The notes beneath the pieces were generated by a model that saw nothing but the letters and a program-made list of their open reading frames with translations, made no database searches and was not told the DNA's origin. DNA of 23,398 nt. Origin: Candidatus Muiribacteriota bacterium. GTDB taxonomy: Bacteria > Muiribacteriota > Muiribacteriia > Muiribacteriales > Muiribacteriaceae. Position 1 is the first letter of the stretch, and the number at the start of each line of letters is the position of its first letter. Where the stretch lies: NCBI GenBank assembly GCA_051747805.1, contig JBNJGP010000043.1:1-23398 (forward strand), written 5' to 3'. Position numbers and translations under genes: made by a program. This document shows, piece after piece, positions 18,062-23,398 of this stretch.

Positions 18062-18910
18062 ATGAAAATTAACTTTTACGGGGCGCGGGGTTCTCTTCCA
18101 GTTTCTGGTAGTTCTTTCATAAAATACGGTGGCAACACAACATGTGTTGAAGTTATTTCTGATAGTGGGGAAAGAATATTGATTGATGCAGGAACCGGCA
18201 TTAAAAGTATAGAGGATTTTTATTTAAAAAATGAGATTTTTGATATAAAATTACTCTTAACCCATTATCATTTTGATCATATTATGGGCCTTCCTTTTTT
18301 CAAACCACTTTTTAACAAAAGCTCTCATATTCAACTATATGGTCCGACTTATAATGGATTAAAACCTTTTGAAATCATTCAAAAAATTATTAACCCTCCT
18401 GCATTTCCTATAAACATATGTAATAATAATTCCTGTCGCAGATTTGATATGAATACATTAAACGAAGAAAATATTAAAACCAAAGATTTAGATATATCTA
18501 TCATTCCATTAAATCATCCAAACGGCGGATACGGTTATAAAATAAAAGAAAATAATAAAACTTTTGTGTTTTTAACCGACAATGAACTAGGATATAAACA
18601 CGCGGGCGGACTGTCTATACAGGATTATGTTAATTTTTCCCATAAGGCGGATTTGCTGATTCATGACTCAGAATTCCTTCCAGAAGAATATAAAGAAACT
18701 ACCGGCTGGGGCCATTCATGCTTCACCCAGGCTGTTGAACTTGCATTAAAAGCTGAAGTAAAAAAATTCGGGCTTTTTCATCATAATCACAAGAGAACTG
18801 ATGAGGGAATTGATTATATATTAAAAGAATCTCAAAAAATTATAAACAAAAACAAAAAGAACAAAATTGATTGTATTGCAGTTTCTCAGACAACAAAAAT
18901 AGAAATTTGA
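18062..18910 (+). CDS. Metallo-beta-lactamase-fold hydrolase (RNase Z/PhnP/phosphodiesterase-like)
   Basis: GARGS.P, YGGNTTC, IDAGTG, THYHFDH (HxHxDH), HPNG, TDNE, WGHS, FHH. Confidence 0.92.
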   Translation: MKINFYGARGSLPVSGSSFIKYGGNTTCVEVISDSGERILIDAGTGIKSIEDFYLKNEIFDIKLLLTHYHFDHIMGLPFFKPLFNKSSHIQLYGPTYNGLKPFEIIQKIINPPAFPINICNNNSCRRFDMNTLNEENIKTKDLDISIIPLNHPNGGYGYKIKENNKTFVFLTDNELGYKHAGGLSIQDYVNFSHKADLLIHDSEFLPEEYKETTGWGHSCFTQAVELALKAEVKKFGLFHHNHKRTDEGIDYILKESQKIINKNKKNKIDCIAVSQTTKIEI

Positions 18911-18929
18911 GAAACTACAAGGGGGAAAA

Positions 18930-20144
18930 TTGTCTAAAGAACTTGAAGTAATTAAGAAAATTCTGTTAACCGTTGAAGAATTAGGTCATATTAAAGATTT
19001 GGATACTCTGCTTGAAAGAATTTTAACCGAGGCCAGAAAACTCACAAATGCCGACGCTGGTTCATTATATCTTGAGGAAGCCGGAAAGTTGAAGTTCAGC
19101 TTTGTGCAAAATGATACTTTAATTAAAGACGCTAGAACAAACAAATATTTTTATTCAGATAAAAAAATCGATATTAACGAAAATTCGATTGCCGGCTACT
19201 GTGCTTGTACTGGAAAAACAATTATTATTAACGATGCCTATAATCTTGATAAATCACTCCCCTTCACCTTCGATAAATCTTTTGATAAATCTGCAAACTA
19301 TAAAACAGTTTCTATTATGGCAACCCCTCTAAAAACAAGTGCAAATAAAATTATTGGTGTTATTCAGATAATTAATACCCTTGATAAAAATAATAACCCT
19401 ACTCAGTTTACCGAAAGCCATAAAGTGTTTGTTGAATATTTTGCCACTAATGCTGCTGTTGCAATTGAACGGGCTATGCTGACAAGAGAACTTATTTTAA
19501 GAATGCTTAAAATGACTGAACTGCGGGACCCTAAAGAAACTGGTGCACATGTTAACAGGGTTGGTGCTTATTCTGCCGAACTTTACGAGGCGTGGGCAAG
19601 ACATAGAGGGGTTGATACTGATGAAATCAAACAGACAAAAGATATTGTAAGACTTGCTTCCATGCTGCATGATGTTGGAAAAATTGGAATTTCTGATTTA
19701 ATTTTAAAAAAACCCGCTAAATTATCCAACAACGAATTTGAGCTTATGAAATACCATACAATTTACGGGGCCAGGTTATTTCAAAATCCTAAATCCGACC
19801 TTGATTGTATTTCAGGTGAAATTTCCCTACGACATCAGGAAAAATGGAATGGTTCAGGATATCCTGGTAAAATAGATAATTTGTACACAGAAAATATTGA
19901 GGATATTAAACTGGGACAGGGTCTAAAAGGCGAAGAAATTCCGCTTTTTGGTAGAATTGTTGCTGTGGCCGATGTTTTTGACGCGCTTATTTCAAAAAGA
20001 GTTTATAAAGGAGCATGGCCGGAAGAAAAGGTTCTTAACCTTCTTAAAGAAGAAAAAGGTTCCCATTTCGACCCTGAATTAATTGACCGGTTTTTTGAAA
20101 TTTATGATGTTATTAAAGCTATAAGAGGAAAATTCAGAGATTAA
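18930..20144 (+). CDS. GAF + HD-GYP domain protein (putative cyclic dinucleotide phosphodiesterase)
   Basis: GAF (NADAGSLYL, SIAGY, IIGVIQIIN); RDPKETGAHVNRV, LHDVGK, HT, EKWNGSGYP, ADVFDAL..KRVYK, HFDP; TTG start with SD AGGGGG. Confidence 0.93.
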   Translation: MSKELEVIKKILLTVEELGHIKDLDTLLERILTEARKLTNADAGSLYLEEAGKLKFSFVQNDTLIKDARTNKYFYSDKKIDINENSIAGYCACTGKTIIINDAYNLDKSLPFTFDKSFDKSANYKTVSIMATPLKTSANKIIGVIQIINTLDKNNNPTQFTESHKVFVEYFATNAAVAIERAMLTRELILRMLKMTELRDPKETGAHVNRVGAYSAELYEAWARHRGVDTDEIKQTKDIVRLASMLHDVGKIGISDLILKKPAKLSNNEFELMKYHTIYGARLFQNPKSDLDCISGEISLRHQEKWNGSGYPGKIDNLYTENIEDIKLGQGLKGEEIPLFGRIVAVADVFDALISKRVYKGAWPEEKVLNLLKEEKGSHFDPELIDRFFEIYDVIKAIRGKFRD

Positions 20145-20148
20145 AAAT

Positions 20149-22326
20149 CTAGTCAATATGGCTTAATTCATCTTTTAATTTGTCTAAAACACTTCTTGTA
20201 TCAGCAGAAGATTGAGAATCTGAACCATCAGGTTCTGAGCTTGGTGTATCTGTATAAGTTGTTGGAAAAGGTGTCATCATTGTTGCTTCTGGTTGTGGGG
20301 TGGTGAAAAAATCTATTAAATCATCATCGTCAATATCTGTCATATCTGCACCATAAGGATCATGAAAATTACATTTCATAGTAGGCTCTGTACCAGCTAT
20401 AAAAAGCTGTTGCACAGTAAATTGACATTCATCAGAAGATAGTAATCCTGACTCACGACAGATATTAACTTTTTCCATATTATCAGGTTCTGGAAAACTT
20501 TCATTCGGAAATCTATCAGGAAACTGTTTAAGAATTCTCTCCATTACTTTTTTGACAACTGGAGCAGCTACCCGTCCGCCTGAAGCATGGTCGTCAATAT
20601 GTTTTGGATAATCATGTCCAAAATAGCTCACAACTAACAAATTAGGAGTGTATCCTGCAAACCAGGCATTAGTAAACTCATCAGTAGTGCCAGTTTTACC
20701 AGCAACATTATAACCTGGAATTTTTGCACGTGTCCCAGAACCATTATTTACAACTCCTTTTAAAATATCATTAACAATAGCTGTTGCTTCAGGTGAGACA
20801 ACTTGATCGGCGGAATAATCATAACTCTCTATCTCAATACCATCAATATCTGAAATTCTTTCCAAATGGGAAATATCAACTTTTAATCCACCATTTGCCA
20901 GCGTTGAAAACATTGTCGCCACTTCAAGCGGTGTCATCTCATAGGAACCAAGTGCAAATGAAAGTGTTTCACGCATCGGAGACTCTACACCAAGTTTTTT
21001 TGTGTATTCGATAGAGTTTTTTACACCAACTTCACGCATAAGCTCAATAGCAATAATATTATATGAATTTTCCAGGGCATTTCTCAAAATTACCGGACCG
21101 TGATATCTGCCTTCATAATTTTTTGGCTGCCAGATGGTCTGAGTCCATGGATCAAAATATTCTCTGGGAACATCAGAAAAAATTTTATTCGGTGCGATTC
21201 CATTTTCAAATGCAGCTAAATAAATTGCAGGTTTTATAACAGAACCTGGTTGTCGTGTAGCTTCAAAAGCACGGTTGTACTGATCGTCCTCTTGAAATCC
21301 CTTGCCTCCAACCACCGCAAGCAGTTTACCAGTTTTAACCTCGAGCACTAGCATTGCTCCATTTAAATCAGGATGTTCTTCAAAAATCGGGGCATTACCG
21401 AACTCTTCCTCTGCAATTTTTTGAATATCTTTGTTTATAGTTGTGTATATCTGTAATCCACCAGCATTCACCATAGAGTTCCCATATCTTGAATTTAACT
21501 CGGGAAGCAGCGATGAGTATATATAATACGGGGCTGGAATAAGTTGTCTTGAGCGACCCGTCAAATCAGGTTCTATCTCTAAATTTTCCTTAAGTTCTTC
21601 GCGGGAAATTACATCATGATCATACATAGCTCTTAATACTACATTTCGCCGTGAAATTGCTCTTTCATAATTCCTGAAAGGTGAATTTCTTGTTGGAGCA
21701 TTTATAACTCCGGCCAGCATTGCAGCCTCATGTATTTCAAGTTCTGCTGCACTTTTTCCAAAAAAAATCTGACTTGCTGATTCAACACCATAAGAACCTT
21801 CCCCAAATGAAATTTCATTTAAATATAATTCCAATATTTCTTCTTTAGTAAACTGATGTTCAAGCTTGAAAGCAAGCATTATTTCTTTGATTTTTCGGGA
21901 CCAACGTTTTTCTAAAGATAAAAAAGCGTTTCTTGCAAGCTGCTGGGTGATTGTAGAAGCTCCCTGTACAAGACGCCTCCGTTTTAAATCCACATAAGCT
22001 GATTTTAAAATTCGGATAAGATCAATTCCGTAATGATTGAAAAACCTTCTATCCTCAATTGCAATAACAGCATTAATCACGTAAGGAGATACTTCATTTA
22101 ATCGCAGGCGTCGGGTTCGGTTTTCATCTTTGAAAAGTTCAAGTATAAGTCTACCCTGTTCATCATAAATTTTTGAATTTACACTTTGTCTGTATGATTC
22201 AAGGCTTACAAACGGAAGTTGTCTGTAAAAGGCATATAATATTCCTGCAATAATACTTGAGGAGATAATACCCAAGATAAAAAAAACTATAAATAATCTA
22301 AATGCGAATTTTTTTAATTTTGCCAT
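20149..22326 (-). CDS. Class A penicillin-binding protein (PBP1A family)
   Basis: N-terminal TM; glycosyltransferase motifs EDRRFFNHYG, GASTITQQL, RKIKE; transpeptidase SVIK, SYN, KTG; Cys-containing then acidic low-complexity tail. Confidence 0.96.
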   Translation of the reverse strand: MAKLKKFAFRLFIVFFILGIISSSIIAGILYAFYRQLPFVSLESYRQSVNSKIYDEQGRLILELFKDENRTRRLRLNEVSPYVINAVIAIEDRRFFNHYGIDLIRILKSAYVDLKRRRLVQGASTITQQLARNAFLSLEKRWSRKIKEIMLAFKLEHQFTKEEILELYLNEISFGEGSYGVESASQIFFGKSAAELEIHEAAMLAGVINAPTRNSPFRNYERAISRRNVVLRAMYDHDVISREELKENLEIEPDLTGRSRQLIPAPYYIYSSLLPELNSRYGNSMVNAGGLQIYTTINKDIQKIAEEEFGNAPIFEEHPDLNGAMLVLEVKTGKLLAVVGGKGFQEDDQYNRAFEATRQPGSVIKPAIYLAAFENGIAPNKIFSDVPREYFDPWTQTIWQPKNYEGRYHGPVILRNALENSYNIIAIELMREVGVKNSIEYTKKLGVESPMRETLSFALGSYEMTPLEVATMFSTLANGGLKVDISHLERISDIDGIEIESYDYSADQVVSPEATAIVNDILKGVVNNGSGTRAKIPGYNVAGKTGTTDEFTNAWFAGYTPNLLVVSYFGHDYPKHIDDHASGGRVAAPVVKKVMERILKQFPDRFPNESFPEPDNMEKVNICRESGLLSSDECQFTVQQLFIAGTEPTMKCNFHDPYGADMTDIDDDDLIDFFTTPQPEATMMTPFPTTYTDTPSSEPDGSDSQSSADTRSVLDKLKDELSHID

Positions 22327-22414
22327 TTTTTTAAAGTGGGATTTATTCGTTCCCAGTTAAGTCCTTATTAATTCCAGCCCACCGCAACATATAATTTATT
22401 TTATTACTAATAAT

Positions 22415-22524
22415 TTGAGTTTAGTAAATTTTTTAAAGAATGCTTTACTAGTCACACAATCCCCCGTAAATTAAAGCTTATTAAGTAATAACAAGTTAAT
22501 ATTTCTGGTTTTTGCTAAAGTCAA
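22415..22524. repeat. Degenerate short inverted-repeat element related to the window-end repeats
   Basis: Left ttgagtttagtaaa vs ttgagtttagcaaa (23237); right atttctggtttttgctaaagtcaa vs atttctattttttgctaaactcaa (40-63), 21/24 identical. Confidence 0.65.
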
Positions 22525-22580
22525 TTATTAAAATTTTCTTTAATTGGCATAATTATAACATAATATCGTAAATTGTAAAT

Positions 22581-22615
22581 AAAAAAAAAGAGGCTGTTTT
22601 TTAAAACAGCCTCTT
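22581..22615 (-). terminator. Intrinsic terminator
   Basis: Perfect inverted repeat aagaggctgtttt-tt-aaaacagcctctt with a T9 tract on minus. Confidence 0.88.
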
Positions 22616-22667
22616 AACTTAGTATTTCATAAATAAAAAATATTTATGAAGTGGGAAAATTTAAACA
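22581..22667 (-). ncRNA. Candidate ~85-nt small RNA or attenuated leader
   Basis: Bounded by TTGACA-N17-TATGAT upstream and the strong terminator downstream; internal hairpin ttcataaata/tatttatgaa; no Rfam family recognised. Confidence 0.5.
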
Positions 22668-22672
22668 TTTTT

Positions 22673-22701
22673 ATCATAAACCATTTCATTTAATTTGTCA
22701 A
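22673..22701 (-). promoter_or_regulatory. Near-consensus sigma70 promoter TTGACA-N17-TATGAT
   Basis: -35 22696-22701, -10 22673-22678, spacer exactly 17. Confidence 0.75.
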
Positions 22702-22761
22702 CCAAAAAGTGTAATATCAGCCCAGCCTGAAAAAACTGACCCGGTATCTGGTTTAAAAAAA

Positions 22762-23118
22762 TTAAATTGAAATTCCAAAATAACTTAATATTTTAATTGT
22801 AATAAAATAAAAAATTATCATTCCGGCAAGTGATACAAGCATAGACAAATAAAAATTAATTTCTTTTTTTAGCATATAGGGAAGTATAATATAAAAAGAC
22901 AATGAAGGAATCACGAGCCAGAAAACGCTATATGATAAATCAATAATTATCTGACTATCATTTGTATCTTTATAAAGCCATAAAATTCCCAGAACAGAAA
23001 CAAGAGGAACCGAAGCCAGCACCGCTCCAATAAGTGTGGATGTCCTTGAAATTATGGATATAAGCGCAATTATTACAGAAGTTATAAGAATTTTTATAAT
23101 TTCATAATATAAATTCAT
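22762..23118 (-). CDS. Small four-TM membrane protein, DUF3147/GlpM-like
   Basis: IIKILITSVIIALIS...GAVLASVPLVS.L..LWLY...S..VFWLVIPSL.F pattern; leaderless-looking promoter TTGCTC-N18-TACTAT 6 nt upstream. Confidence 0.8.
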   Translation of the reverse strand: MNLYYEIIKILITSVIIALISIISRTSTLIGAVLASVPLVSVLGILWLYKDTNDSQIIIDLSYSVFWLVIPSLSFYIILPYMLKKEINFYLSMLVSLAGMIIFYFITIKILSYFGISI

Positions 23119-23236
23119 ACCAGAATAGTATCATATTTAAATTTAATAGAGCAAGTCTTTTAAAATAAAAATTTGCTGAATTACTTTTTTTAAAAAAACG
23201 CATATTCAATAAAAAAGTCTGTTTTAAATAATTTAG

Positions 23237-23398
23237 TTGAGTTTAGCAAAAAATAGAAATTTTAACCTGTAGACACTTAAAAAAAAAGTTAAGTTGGCAA
23301 AAGCTGACAGTTTTATACTAGTGAGAGGACAATAAATTGTCCGTAGAGAGTTCGCAACGCTCACGAATAAAGCTGACTTTGTCAGCGAGTAGACCAAC
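23237..23398. repeat. Left arm and core of a palindromic MITE/REP-like element, truncated by the window end
   Basis: 23237-23275 is the exact reverse complement of 25-63; core has nested stems gctgaca/tgtcagc, gtgag/ctcac, ggacaat/attgtcc, gttgg/ccaac. Confidence 0.85.

Noticed and set aside
1420..21014. Short ORF-track entries (1420-1680, 2609-2800, 4524-4778, 6161-6361, 7166-7411, 10298-10528, 10970-11167, 12069-12263, 12392-12775, 14216-14419, 14673-14873, 14914-15105, 15337-15690, 20784-21014)
   Set aside because: All lie antisense to or out of frame within well-supported genes and show no recognisable motifs; treated as shadow ORFs
22715..22755. GC-richer patch after the DUF3147-like stop as a riboswitch or terminator
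   Set aside because: No convincing stem with U tract and no known aptamer motif
1..23398. Whole window as a casposon/polinton-like or linear self-replicating element (PolB plus terminal inverted repeats)
   Set aside because: The polymerase is PolB2-like rather than recognisably protein-primed; no Cas1, integrase, transposase or capsid gene; cargo is housekeeping; the repeats run off the window ends and a related copy is internal
1..23398. CRISPR arrays, tRNA or rRNA genes
   Set aside because: No regularly spaced repeats, cloverleaf/T-loop signatures or long GC-rich RNA segments seen in any intergenic region

Overview
AT-rich bacterial chromosomal segment with the gene content of an anaerobe, probably a whole contig cut at both ends by the same palindromic repeat. 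Minus strand, left to right: an ECF sigma factor/membrane partner/unknown exported protein operon; an ABC-2 (NatAB/YhaPQ-like) exporter; an orphan OppA-like lipoprotein; a three-gene cassette of inactivated RadA-like protein + small helical protein + divergent B-family (PolB2-type) DNA polymerase; a fused 2-hydroxyacyl-CoA dehydratase activator-type protein; rny; and a cysteine-synthase-fold PLP enzyme. Next comes a plus-strand operon (secreted protein, MBL hydrolase, GAF-HD-GYP), then class A PBP and a DUF3147-like membrane protein on minus. The most interesting item is the archaeal-type PolB2 cassette, a candidate mutasome, whose leaderless sigma70 promoter has an 11-bp-period direct repeat in its spacer. 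Also notable: a promoter- and terminator-bounded candidate sRNA upstream of the PBP gene, a family of short inverted-repeat elements, and structured leaders for rny and the PBP. No tRNA, rRNA, CRISPR array or transposase was recognised. All family calls come from motif recognition by eye, not database searches.
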